Shown: in pieces, positions 23,660 through 35,658 of the stretch
Position numbering within the stretch: position 1 is the first letter of the stretch
How the letters are laid out: each line of letters starts with the position of its first letter
Assembly (NCBI RefSeq): GCF_006345805.1
Contig: NC_043015.1
Span: 39,804,001-39,868,000 of the forward strand
Reading direction: 5' to 3'
DNA from: Octopus sinensis
Taxonomy: Eukaryota
Length of the DNA: 64,000 nt
Notes under the pieces: generated by a model
Told to the model about the DNA's origin: nothing
Database searches by the model: none
The model's input: the letters and a program-made list of their open reading frames with translations, nothing else
Translations under genes and position numbers: made by a program

Positions 23660-24065
23660 AAATTGTGGTAGAGGCTTTGGTCTTGGGACCACTCATGTCT
23701 AGAAACTGAGGTTGTGGGTAAGCAAGGGCATGATCCCTGTAGAAAATCCAGCTCCAAAAGAGCCTCATGATAGCAAAGGAGAACGGGTACCAGCCAGCCC
23801 AAAGGTTGAGGTGGGCTGCACCTGCCTACCTCAGTTGCTATGGCATTGAGGTTGATCCAGCCACCCCCGTTAACGGGGACAAAATCCGGATTTAAAACAC
23901 TGGATGATGATGACGAGCAGAGAAATGAGTCACTGCTATCTCTAGTGGTCGGGCAGCTGTCATTAACGAGACCAATTAAGGTCAAAATCACATGATCTGG
24001 TTGTCTCGGCACTGGAGAGGGTGGGGATTTATCTTCTTGCTTGTAATCATCATCATCATCATCGC
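23660..24065. mobile_element. Probable non-LTR 3' end fragments with (GAT)n/(CAT)n tails
   Basis: GC-richer block ending GGATGATGATGACG, abutting a second block ending (CAT)n. Confidence 0.4.
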
Positions 24066-24530
24066 TTAACACAAGTGCATTTTACACCAAAAGCCAATAT
24101 AAGCGTTTCTCTCATGGTATCTACAACAGTATAGTCTGTTCTAACTGAACATCTATATATATGGAACATAAACACTGAGATGAAGCAATTGGAGTGTGTG
24201 ATGTGCATGCCTTTCCCAAGAACCACATGTAAACTTCATGTTTAGGGTATATTTACTGAACTTAGATATAAAAAAAAAGATTTAAAAAAAAACAAGTTAT
24301 TTCTGGAATTACTTCAAAGTTACTTACAGATACAATTTCCATTTCCTCCTCTCCTTGAAAAATTTCTACCATCCCTCTTTAACCCCACCCCACCCCCTGT
24401 TGTTAGTATCATCATCACTGCTACCACTACTGTCACCATCATTATCATCATCATCGTCGTCGTCATCATCACAGTGACTTCTGTTGTCTCAGATTTGTAA
24501 TTAACCTTTCTCACCTGTCTTCCGTTTCAG

Positions 24531-24646
24531 TCCCTTCATGCTGTTGAAGTGAGTACCTTCATCAACTTCCTACCAACCATTCTCAACCAGTTGTTCCGAC
24601 TCATTGCCAGAACACACAATGAAGACATAGCCATGAATGCTGCAAG
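24531..24646 (+). CDS. DOCK9: DOCK9-like exon 12, phase 0-2
   Basis: tttcag|TCCCTT...GCAAG|gtaaga; SLHAVEVSTFINFLPTILNQLFRLIARTHNEDIAMNAA. Confidence 0.94.
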
Positions 24647-24655
24647 GTAAGAGTA

Positions 24656-24686
<31 letters not shown>

Positions 24687-24844
24687 GATTTTGACATCAT
24701 AAGAATTTAGAAACTTAGAGAGAGTGTGAAATAATTTGTTTTTAATGGTTGAACTCAAAGCAGATGAAGCTATAAACAATAGTAGTGTATAAATATCAGG
24801 TTAAAAATCCCTTTGGATAGTACAAATGTTGAGGTGTGCTTTCC

Positions 24845-24882
<38 letters not shown>

Positions 24883-25377
24883 TGTGTATATATATATATA
24901 CACATACACACACACACACACACAGAAAGTCAGAAAATCACATATTGATCATTACCAATGTCACCTTACTGGCACCTGTGCCAGTGGCATGTGTAAAAAG
25001 ATTCGAGCGAGGTCGTTGCTAGTACCGCCTGACTGGCCCCTGTGCCAGTGGCATGTAAAAAGCACCCACTACACTCTCGGAGTAGTTGGCATTAGGAAGG
25101 GCATCCAGCTGTAGAAACTCTGCTAGATCAAGATTGGAGCCTGGTGCAGCCATCTGGTTCACCAGCCCTCAGTCAAAATCTAAGTGTACAGTATCCTATA
25201 TCCATTATGGCCGACCTTACCAATCAGTTTCGCACTAGGGGTTTAACTGAGTGTTAGGTAACAGTACAACTATGTAACCCTGCACTCTTCAGAGATAGCA
25301 GCAGACAACACTTTTGTATCACTCAGGTGTCAGTCCCCCAACACATGGGTCTTTTTTTTTCAGTAGTCATTGCTTTT

Positions 25378-25590
25378 ACAAGGTCAGAGTGCAGATCTCA
25401 CCTCAATCTCTTTGGGTTACCTTTTACAACACACAGAGGAAATGTTGGGTCAGTCCCTTGACAGGCTGGGCCCCACAAGGTCAGAGTGCAGATCTCACCT
25501 CAATCTCTTTTGGTCACCTTCTACGACACACAGAGGAAATGTTGGGTCAGTTCCTTGACAGGCTGGTCCTTGACAGGCTGGTCCCCACAC
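25378..25590. repeat. 97-bp tandem duplication
   Basis: ACAAGGTCAGAGTGCAGATCTCACCTCAATCTC at 25378 and 25475. Confidence 0.9.
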
Positions 25591-25777
25591 TTAACTCATG
25601 GCAGGTTTTACCCATCAGTTAACCCACCATTGACCCACACAGGCAGTTTTGTTCATTTCATGAGTAGTTTAGATAAACCTGTTGTTAACCCACTATGGTA
25701 CCCTTTCGTTAACCTTAATACCCTTTCCCCTATGCCCTCAGTTACCCCATTCATCAGTAACCTTTCATGTTTTCCAG

Positions 25778-25847
25778 GGTTCTTATACACATTGTCTCTG
25801 AAGTAAACAATGTCGGCAAACCAGACATTCTTCAAGCTTATGTCAAG
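25778..25847 (+). CDS. DOCK9: DOCK9-like exon 13, phase 2-0
   Basis: ttccag|GGTTCT...GTCAAG|gtgagt; VLIHIVSEVNNVGKPDILQAYVK. Confidence 0.93.
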
Positions 25848-26166
25848 GTGAGTGGAATATTGTGATGGTTGTTGTGACTGTGGTGATGATGGTGATGTGT
25901 TGCTGGTTTGGTGTAGTAGTGGTCATTGTGGTGGTGGTGGAGTGTATTGTGGTGGTGGAGCGTGTTGTGGTGGTGTGTTGGTGGTTTGGTATGGTAGCAG
26001 TCATTCAGGTGGTGGTGCTGGAGTGAGTTGTGGTGGGGTGTTGCTTGTATGGTGTAGTACTAGTAGTAATCATTGTGGTGAGGTGGTGATGTGGTATCTT
26101 GTACAGTGATGGCAGTATGTGTTATTGTAGTGAACAGAGGTGGTGGTGGTGTGTGTGTGGTGTGTG

Positions 26167-26211
<45 letters not shown>

Positions 26212-26520
26212 CACCGTGATGAACGTGAGAGACCAGGCTATCAGATGTTGCTACATATTGCTGGTCACAATACGCTTCGCATTGTTTTAGCCTACAAATG
26301 ACGCCACCCCGCTGGCTAAGCAAGCAGGCCAACAGAAAAAAGAGTGAAAGAAAGTTGTGGCGAAAGAGTACTGCAGGGATCGGCACCACCCACTGCTGGA
26401 ACCATGTGGTGCTTTTTGGTGTTTTCGCTCTCTAAACACTCACAACACCCGGTCTGGGAATCAAAACCGCGATCCTACAACCGCGAGTCCTCTGCCCTAA
26501 CCACTGGGCCATTGCACCTC

Positions 26521-26585
<65 letters not shown>

Positions 26586-26676
26586 TCACACACCTGCATA
26601 CACACATTTGGAGTGGTGTGTAAGCTGCCAGAGTGTATACAGTATGACCTCTCCTTCTGCTATTTCTCTCTTGCAG

Positions 26677-26880
26677 TATGTCTTCAAGACCTTACCGAGC
26701 CCCAAAGGAACCAAAGTGAAGACAGTACATGAAGAATTGGCCAAAAACCTCACAGTTTTACTCCGCCCTATAAATGCTGACCAGTCGGTGGTCAGTCGTT
26801 TCCTAAAACATTCCTGGTTCTTTTTTGAGATTCTAATCAAAAGTATGGCTCAGTACCTCATTGAAACAGAGAGAATTAAG
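26677..26880 (+). CDS. DOCK9: DOCK9-like exon 14, phase 0-0
   Basis: ttgcag|TATGTC...ATTAAG|gtaagg; YVFKTL...KTVHEELAKNL...LKHSWFFFEILIKSMAQYLIETERIK. Confidence 0.95.
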
Positions 26881-26968
26881 GTAAGGGGACACACTTGTTC
26901 CTTATTCTTCCTTCCATGCACAAACATACATTCCTGTTGTAAAGCATGCAGTTGTATATAATCCTTTG

Positions 26969-27204
26969 AAGGCGGTGGGGAGCTGGCAGAAACGTTAGCA
27001 CGCCGGGCGAAATGCTTAGCCGTATTTCATCTGCTGCTATTTTCTGAGTTCAAATTCCGCCAAGGTCATCTTTGCCTTTCATCCTTTCGGCGTCGATAAA
27101 TTGAGTACTAGTTACGCACTGGGGTCGATGTAATCGACTTAATCCGTTTGTCTGTCCTTGTTTGTCCTCTCTGTGTGTAGCCCCTTGTGGGCAGTAAAGA
27201 AATA
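26969..27204 (+). mobile_element. Full-length tRNA-derived SINE, family A, with 16-bp TSD
   Basis: TGTATATAATCCTTTG at 26953-26968 and 27205-27220. Confidence 0.9.
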
Positions 27205-27221
27205 TGTATATAATCCTTTGT

Positions 27222-27417
27222 ACTACAGGCACAAAGGCTGAAATTTGAGGGGAGGGGATAAGCCAATTACATTGACCCTGGTGCTTAATTTATTGACCCT
27301 GAAAAGATGAAAGGTAAAATCGACCTCGGCAAAATTTGAACTCAGAATGTAGTGGCAGACAAAATACCGCTAAGCGTTTCGCCTGGCGTGCTAACGTTTC
27401 TGCCAGCTCACTGCCTT
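27222..27417 (-). mobile_element. tRNA-derived SINE, family A (inverted partner of 26969)
   Basis: Ends GTTTCTGCCAGCTCACTGCCTT. Confidence 0.85.
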
Positions 27418-27512
27418 ATATCTACACTCATACCATTAGCTCCAACAATGTTTTAGTAGAATGCCACTAATGTTAATATTGTCAATATTTTTTTTCCCAA
27501 AAAATTCTTCAG

Positions 27513-27659
27513 ATGCCAAGAAATGAGCGGTTTTCCTCAGATTACCAGTTCCGCATCCAGAACCTGATCCAAGCCATCTACCCTCATTTGTACCAGAAAC
27601 AGGATGATATCTCAACGGATGCCAGTACTGCCAACCACAGCCTTGCCACATTTATCAAG
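27513..27659 (+). CDS. DOCK9: DOCK9-like exon 15, phase 0-0
   Basis: cttcag|ATGCCA...ATCAAG|gtgaat; MPRNERFSSDYQFRIQNLIQAIYPHL...ANHSLATFIK. Confidence 0.94.
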
Positions 27660-27760
27660 GTGAATACTTTGGTTCCTTTTATCATATGATTCCATTTTCT
27701 TTCTTTGTTTGTGTCTTTAATGGAAGAGTCCAAATTGGGAAGGGTGAACGGGCAGTATTG

Positions 27761-28012
27761 GGTGCTTATTTTCGTGACCCGACTTTTCGTCTGATGTCAC
27801 TTTGTCCATGTCTTTTGGTCTGATGATTTTTTTTTTGTCCAATTTTAAATAAACTCGTTAGAAGACAAACTGAACATCAAAATCAAAGAATCATTGAGAA
27901 TTTTATTGATAAGAATGTCATTAGACAAAAGATAATCTTCAGACGAAAAGACTAAAAGACATGTATGAAAAGACGTTTGATGAAGTGACGTCGGACGAAA
28001 AGACATAGCACC
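27761..28012. mobile_element. MITE-like fold-back element
   Basis: GGTGCT..TTTTCGTCTGATGTCACTT at left is inverted relative to AAGTGACGTCGGACGAAAAGACATAGCACC at right; no clear TSD. Confidence 0.55.
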
Positions 28013-28129
28013 AGTTATTATTATGATTTTAATGAAGAAGAAATGGCTGTGTTTAGGAACTTCTGGGATTGGTCAAATTTCCAGTGGTTCATTGCAATTG
28101 TAACATAATCACTGTGGCATTTCCACCAC

Positions 28130-28850
28130 GACATTTCTGCCCTGACATTTCTACTATGACATTTCCGCCATGACATTTCTACTATGACATTTCTGCCCTG
28201 ACATTTCCGCCATGACATTTCCGCCATGACATTTCCACCATGACATTTCCACTGTGACATTTTCATTGTGACATTTGTGTTGTGATATTTTCACTGTGAC
28301 ATTTCTGCCATGACATTTCCGCCGTGACATTTCCACTGTGACATTTGTGTTGTGATATTTTCACTGTGACATTTCCGCCATGACATTTCCACCGTGACAT
28401 TTCCATTGTGACATTTGTGTTGTGATATTTTCACTGTGACATTTCCACCGTGACATTTCCACTAAATTTTCTCCGTGTCATTTCCATTGTGACATTTGTG
28501 TTGTGATATTTTCACTGTGACATTTCTGCCATGACATTTCCACTGTGACATTTCCACTAAATTTTCTCCGTGTCATTTCCATTGTGACATTTGTGTTGTG
28601 ATATTTTCACTGTGACATTTCTGCTGTGACATTCCCACCATGACACTTCTGCCATGACATTCTCACCATGACATTTCAGCTGAATTTTCTTTGTGACATT
28701 TCAGCCATGACATTTCTACCATGACATTTTTGCCATGACATTCCCACCATGACATTTCTGCTGAATTTTCTCTGTGACATTTCCATTGTGACATTCGTGT
28801 TGCAATATTTTCACCATGACATTTCCGCCTTAACCTCTCTTTCATGACAT
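28130..28850. repeat. 13-bp periodic TGACATT array with higher-order units
   Basis: (C/G)TGACATTTC repeated dozens of times; recurring block TGACATTTGTGTTGTGATATTTTCACTG. Confidence 0.92.
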
Positions 28851-28936
28851 TCCTGTTGTGATGTTTTCACTGTTACGTTTCCATTCTGATATTTTCTCTG
28901 TAATATTCTAACGTCTCTTTTTTCAATTTCATTCAG

Positions 28937-29020
28937 CATTTATTTACACTAATTGATCGAGGTTTTGTGTTTCGAATCATCAGCACCTACATGGAGAACT
29001 TCAGTGTTAGAGATACAAAG
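28937..29020 (+). CDS. DOCK9: DOCK9-like exon 16, phase 0-0
   Basis: attcag|CATTTA...ACAAAG|gtatgt; HLFTLIDRGFVFRIISTYMENFSVRDTK. Confidence 0.94.
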
Positions 29021-29179
29021 GTATGTCTAATGTTTTACATATATATAGACGGGTCATAGGTCAACAGGTTTGGGGTCTGAAGATATGCCATAAAGTTAAA
29101 CCCTTTATGGACGGGAAACCCAGAGTAACCCCATAAACTAGCCTTCACCTGGAAAGAAAAATAAAAAATATATTTATAT

Positions 29180-29214
<35 letters not shown>

Positions 29215-29395
29215 CTTTATTTAAAGCAGCAGAAAATTCAACAAAACCTGTTACTCTGAGTTTCACGTTGCCGTGAAACTCAGAGTAACAGGTTTTGTTG
29301 AATTTTCTGCTGCTTTAAATAAAGCATATTACTCTACCACTGGTATTTGAGTACTCTTTTTTCCACCTTGTTTCACATTTATGTGTTTACTCCGG
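29215..29395 (+). mobile_element. Fold-back element of the same family as the 3620 hammerhead; folded within stem II so CUGANGA is lost
   Basis: Perfect 53-bp arms 29215-29267 / 29272-29324, loop TTGC; right arm GAAACTCAGAGTAACAGGTTTTGTTGAATTTTCTGCTGCTTTAAATAAAG matches 3649-3698 with one substitution; (TA)n both sides. Confidence 0.75.
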
Positions 29396-30518
29396 TATAT
29401 ATATATATATATATAAACACAGTAATTAATATAATTGTTTAATGAGACTCTACTGGTATCTTGTCCTGATTAGAATGATAATTATTAAGGACCAGTCATG
29501 GGTCAGTTCTGGATGTCAACTGTGGATTGAAGAAAGAGTTAAGGTCTGGTCCCGGGTGCCAGCTGTTGATCAAAGAATTACGTCCTTAAATTTCAACATA
29601 AACCACAAATATTGTTCGCTGTTCAAAGAGCTGTGAACATATTGATTAGGGTAACCCTGTATTTAGAATCTCCTGGAGGTGAAAGCTAATGACTCTTAGT
29701 TTCTTTTGGAGCCTGGGGCAGCCTCCTGGCTTCCGAGACCCCGGTCAAACCATCTAACCCATGCTAGCACGGAAAACGGACGTTAAACGATGATGATGAT
29801 GATGAACGTAGACAGTATTTAGGATCTCCTAGAAGTAAAGGTTAATTTATTATGGTTTATTATTATTTCTTTCATTAACTAATTAAATATTTAAATATGT
29901 TATTGATTTTCTCATTGACTTTTCATTAATTACTTTAGGATAAACCAAAAAAAGACTCTTTCCTTTATTTTTCATCCTTTCTATTGATTTGATTAAGCTG
30001 TTTCCATAGAAACTAAACAACAGAATTATGTTAAATTTATGATGAACTTTTCATAAATATCATCATCATCATCATTTAATGTCTCTTTTCCCTGCTGGCA
30101 TGGATTGGACAGTCGGACAGGAGCTGCACCAGGCTCCATTGTTTGTTTTGGCATGGTTTCTATGGCTTGATGTTTAGATCCTGCCATGGTTGACTTCATT
30201 GTCCATCTCTTCAAGGGGGACATAAATTTTTAGCCTTAAACCAACGTCAGAAGTCACTTTTGGTTCTGTTGTGTTACAGAAGACCTTGATCCACATGCCT
30301 GGATTGGATTAAAGAGATTATTGGCTTAAGATAAAGTTGTGTGTTTGGATTATTACTGACGTCTGGTTGCAGTAATAGTTTCAGAAGGATATTGTTCTGG
30401 GGAAGAAGGATTGGATACAATATTTAGTTATTGTTATTGTTGTTCAGCCACAGGTCAATTATCTAATGTAGCTTTCCGTGTAGTTGTTCTTTAGCTCTAG
30501 GTAAGCCTTGATCCAGCA

Positions 30519-30668
30519 CATCATCATCATCGTTTAATATCTGTTTTCCATGCTAGCATGGGTCGGACGGTTTGACTGGGGTCTGGGAAGCCAGGAGGCT
30601 GCACCAAGCTCCAGTCTGATCTGGCAGTGTTTCTACAGCTGGATGCCCTTCCTAAAGCCAACCAGCTG
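30519..30668 (-). mobile_element. RTE 3'-tail fragment
   Basis: CATCATCATCATCGTTTAATATCTGTTTTCCATGCTAGCATGGG...GGATGCCCTTCCTAA. Confidence 0.75.
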
Positions 30669-30955
30669 CACTTATAAAAAATATTCCTGGAACGACCTTC
30701 CCATCATTATTTACTCATTATGTATCTAAGACTACATTATTAAACGAGTCCTTTTTTTACAGACATTAGGGTGTCTGTAATTGAGGGATATTTAGCTGCT
30801 ATTTATAGCAGACCCAGTAACATTGTTAACATCTTCTAAACTACAGGTTATTATTATTATTATTATTATTGATGAATGTTACTTTTACCATTTCTGCTGT
30901 TGGGAATTATTCCTAACCATTGTTGTTTCTGTTTTTTGTTTTCTCTCTGGCACAG

Positions 30956-31064
30956 GTATTCCAACAAATGAAATTCGAGTTCCTTAGGATAGTTTGTAGC
31001 CATGAACACTATATCCCTCTTTGTCTTCCTCTAATGAGGCGTGGCCTTATCAAAAATTACAAAG
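30956..31064 (+). CDS. DOCK9: DOCK9-like exon 17, phase 0-1
   Basis: gcacag|GTATTC...AAAG|gtttgt; VFQQMKFEFLRIVCSHEHYIPLCLPLMRRGLIKNYK. Confidence 0.94.
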
Positions 31065-31380
31065 GTTTGTTACCACATCTCTTTCTCTCTCTCTCTCTCT
31101 CTCTCCACACACACAAACCACTTCTACATCTTTCTGTCTATACATAATTCTGTACATGTACATAATGTTGGTTCGTTTACTGTTACAGGTTATTGTTTTA
31201 ATTACCAAACGTTCTGCAATGTTCTAATTGTTTTGTTTTGTTGTCAGTGTTTTTCTTCATATATTTCAATGTCACTGGTTGTCATTATTGTCATCATCAT
31301 CATCATCATCACCATCATGGTCTGTGTGTCCTGTGTTTTGTTATGCCATGAATGCCAGTTGCTGTTGTATTCTTCAGTGT

Positions 31381-31617
31381 TTCTTATTTCTTTACTACCC
31401 ACAAGGGGCTAAACATAGCGGGGACAAACAAGGACAGACAAAGGGGTTAAGTCGATTAAATCGATCCCAGTGCATAACTGGTACTTAATTTATCGACCCT
31501 GAAAAGATGAAAGGCAAAGTCGACCTCGGCGGAATTTGAACCTAGAACGTAACGGTAGACGAAATAGCATTAAGCATTTCGCCCGGCGTGCTAACATTTC
31601 TGCCAGCTTGCCGCCTA
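31381..31617 (-). mobile_element. Full-length SINE, family A
   Basis: Near-identical to 2771-3000. Confidence 0.88.
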
Positions 31618-32871
31618 ATGTTTCTATTGAACCTAAACTGTTTTGGGATGTTCTGTGTAGATTGGGTATATTCTATCCCACCACTGGCATTGTGGAGGTT
31701 GCCTGCACAGTCCCCTCTATCCTGTATTAGTCCTAGCTTTCCCAGACATGGTGCCTATCGGTTGTGAAGCATTTGATCTTCTGTTTGTTCCATGGAAACG
31801 GAAGCAGTCACTTGAGTTCCACACAGAGACAATGCCTCTCTCCATTAAGACATTGATGTATTTAAAGCATAATTCTTCAAGAAATATCAAAAAAAATCTG
31901 ACCTCTTTAACATATAGCTTTAGGTTCATAGGTTTTCCTGGACAACTGTAATAGGATGCTGAGGTCTTCATAACATTCCCATGAGTGTTTAGGATAACAA
32001 ATGATGATGCCAGAATTAGAAGAAAGTTTTCTGATAACTCTCATTCGTTTAATAAGAACTTCTTAGATAAACATGCAGTTTTGGTTTTTATAAGAACTGT
32101 TATTGGAAGTTGTGGCCTTCATGCTTTTCCTATAGACATTAATTAAGCATGCGAAACAGTTCCAACCAAAGATTTTCCAAAATTGAAGACTTTTCCTTCA
32201 CTCTGACTCATTAATGTTTTGTTTGGTAGACTAGCTTGTTACTGGTTCAATCCCTGATAGATCTACATTTAGTGTACAATTTTACATTTTCTAAACTAAT
32301 TTGTATGTTTTAAAAATCTTTTTTCCCATCTTTTTTTTCTTCTTTTTTTAATAATCCTTGAATATTATTCAATCTCTGTTACACCCCACCCCCTAAACTT
32401 TATGGCCATGCCTTCCCTGTCCCCATTTATGAGCTCCTCAATGTCCTGTATACATTTTCGGTAAGTGTTGGCATGTAGGAGTTACTAGCGCCATGGAAGC
32501 AGTTCCAATCCATTTCTACTTCAATGTCACCCTTAAATGTCTGAGGAAAACACGAAGATCACACCTATCTCTCCTTCACCCCTGACATATGGCAGACAGG
32601 AGCCTAATCAATAATACACACCATTTTTGTGTCTTCCCTCTGTATCAATGCATATATCCCTGTTCTCTATACATCACTGTTGTGTTCTCCCCCTTATCCT
32701 AGTCTGTATAAATCTATCTATCTATCTATATATGCATATATAGCTATATATATATATAAATAAATTTCTAAAATATATATATAAATAAATTTCTAAAATT
32801 TTCTTTCTTAGTGGTAAGACCATAGCAGATCTACTTCTAGTATATGGATGTCCACATACTTGTCATCCCTC

Positions 32872-32873
<2 letters not shown>

Positions 32874-32909
<36 letters not shown>

Positions 32910-35546
32910 TTAACGTCCGCTTTCCATGCTAGCATGGGTTGGACGGTTCAACTGGGGTCTGGGGAGCCCGAAGGCTGCACCAGGCCAGTCAGATCTGGTA
33001 GTGTTTCTACAGCTGGATGCCCTTCCTAACGCCAACCACTCCTAGAGTGTAGTGGGTGATTTTATGTGCCACCGACACAGGTGCCAGACGAGGCTGGCGA
33101 ACGGCCACGCTCGGATGGTGTTTTTTATGTGCCACCGACACAGGTGCCAGACGAGACTGGCAGACGGCCACGCTCGGATGGTGTTTTTATGTGCCACCGA
33201 CACAGGTGCCAGATGAGGCTGGCGAACGGCCACGATCGGATGGTGTTTGTTACGTGCCCACAGCACGGAGGCCAGTCGATGCAGTACTGGATACGGCCAC
33301 GTTCGGATGGTTTTCTTGTGTGCCACCGGCACTGGTATCACAAAGATACAAATTCCATTGATGTTCATCTATTTTGATTTGTTTTGATTTGATTTTCACT
33401 TGCCTCAACAGGTCTTCACAAGTGTCACAAGAAGGAAGATATGCACAGGTGGACTGACTACGTCCCAGGTAGGGGCCACAGGTTATGGCCTGGCTAGTCT
33501 TGCCGGGTCTTCTCACGCACAGCATACTTCCATAGGTCTCGGTCTCTAGTCATTTCCTTGGTGAGACCTAAAGTTCGAAGGTCGTGCTTCACCACCTTGT
33601 CCCAGGTTTTCCTGGGTCTACCTCTTCCACAGGTTCCCTCAACTGCTAGGGTGTAGCACTTTTGCACACAACTATCTTCAGCCATTCTCGTCACATGACC
33701 ATACCAGCGCAGCCGTCTCTCTTGCACACCACAACTGACGCTTCTTAGGTTCAACTTTTCTCTCAAGGTACTTACACTCTGACGATTATGAACACTGACA
33801 TTACACATCCATCAGAGCATACTGGCTTCATTTCTTGTGAGCTTACGCATATCCTCAGCAGTCACGGCCCATGTTTCACTACCATGTAGCATGGCTGTAC
33901 GTACACATGCATCATACAGTCTGCCTTTTACTCTGAGCGAGAGGCCTTTTGTCACCAGCAGGGGTAAGAGCTCTCTAAACTTTGCCCAGGCTATTCTTAC
34001 TCTAGTAGTTACACTTTCAGCACACCCAACTGACTTGGTCTCTTAGGTAGCGGAAGCTATCAACTACTTCTAGTTTGTCTCCCTGGAACGTGGTAGAAGT
34101 TGGTCTCTGCACATTTCCAATGTTTATTGCTCCTGAGCATCTGCCACAGACAAAAACTATTTTCCTAGTTAGCCTTCCTTTGACACTGCTGCACCTCTTA
34201 TGTGTCCATAGTTTACACTTGGTGCACCTTATAGAGTTTCTACCTACACCTTTTTTACAGATTGAGCAGGGCCATCTACCTGAAGTCGTTTGTGATTGGT
34301 CCACCTTCCTACTTATTAGGACTTTGGTTTTGGCTAGGTTGATTCTAAGGCCCTTCGATTCTAATCCTTGTTTCCACACCTGAAACTTCTCCTCCAGTTT
34401 TGATAGTGACTCAGCAATTAGAGCAAGGTCATCAGCATAGAGGAGCTCCCAGGGGCATCCTGTCTTGAATTCCTCCGTTATTGCCTGGAGGACTATGATA
34501 AATAGGAGGGGACTGAGGACTGAACCTTGGTGGACCCCAACCTCTACCCGGAATTCTTCACTGTACTCGTTGCCAACCTTCACCTTACTAGCAGCGTCTC
34601 TGTACATGGCTCGCACAGCTCTCACTAACCATTCATCTATCCCTAGTTTCCTCATTGACCACCAGATAAGGGATCGGGGGACCCTGTCAAAGGCTTTCTC
34701 CAAGTCAACAAAAGCCAGGTACAAGGGCTTATCTTTGGCTAGGTATTTCTCCTGCAGCTGTCTTACCAGGAATATAGCATCAGTAGTACTTTTCCCTGGC
34801 ACGAACCCAAACTGCATATCATCTAAGCTAACTCTCTCTCTAATTAATTGGGCTATAACCCTCTCCGTAACCTTCATTACCTGATCCAGCAGCTTGATGC
34901 CCCTGTAGTTATTTGTATCTAGGGCGTCGCCTTTACCTTTGTAGCAGTTGACTATTATGCTGCTACACCAGTCATTGGGTATGACTCCTTCGTGTATCAC
35001 CTGGTTAACTATACGGGTGACTAAGCTATAGCCGACACTACCAGATATTTTGAGCATCTCTGCAGTAATTCCTGATGGGCCTGGGGCTTTCCCTGTTTTC
35101 ATGCTTCTAATTGCCTTATCTACTAAGGAACTGTTAACTCGGATTGCTGGTCCCTCTGTTGGGTCGACATTCGGCAGACTCTCTTTATCCCATTCATTTT
35201 CCTCATTCAGCAACCTTTCATAGTGGCGTCTCCAAGCCTCTCTCTTTGCATCCTCATTTAGCGCAAGTGAACCGTCATCCTTGCGAACACATTTCTCTCC
35301 TACCACGTCACGATTCTCTCTCACACACTGTCTTGCAACACGAAATACCTCAAGTCTTTCATCCTCACAGCGCAGGACATTGGCAAATTTTTGCTTATCT
35401 GCTTCCCCTCTGGCTAGATAGACCTGTCTCCTAGCTTCCCTTCTGGCAGTCTGATACACTTCCCTGCTACCACCGTTCTTCCAGGCCTTCCAAGCCTGTT
35501 TCTTTTGTCTAATAGCCCTGTCAACAATATTGTTCCACCACCACGT
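32874..35546 (-). mobile_element. 5'-truncated RTE-clade LINE with disrupted reverse transcriptase ORF
   Basis: TWWWN; YRGIKLL; QFGFVPGKSTTDA; AFVDLEKAFD; GVHQGSVLSP; YADD; C-terminal RLRWYGHV..GRGRPRKTW. Frameshift near 34030 and TGA near 33814; 3' UTR with three ~62-65 bp repeats (33061-33250) and (GAT)n tail; no endonuclease domain. Confidence 0.95.
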
Positions 35547-35626
35547 TATTTGTATATATTTTATATGTATTTTATATTTTATTTGTATATATTTTATATG
35601 TATATTATTTTATATGTATATATATG

Positions 35627-35658
<32 letters not shown>

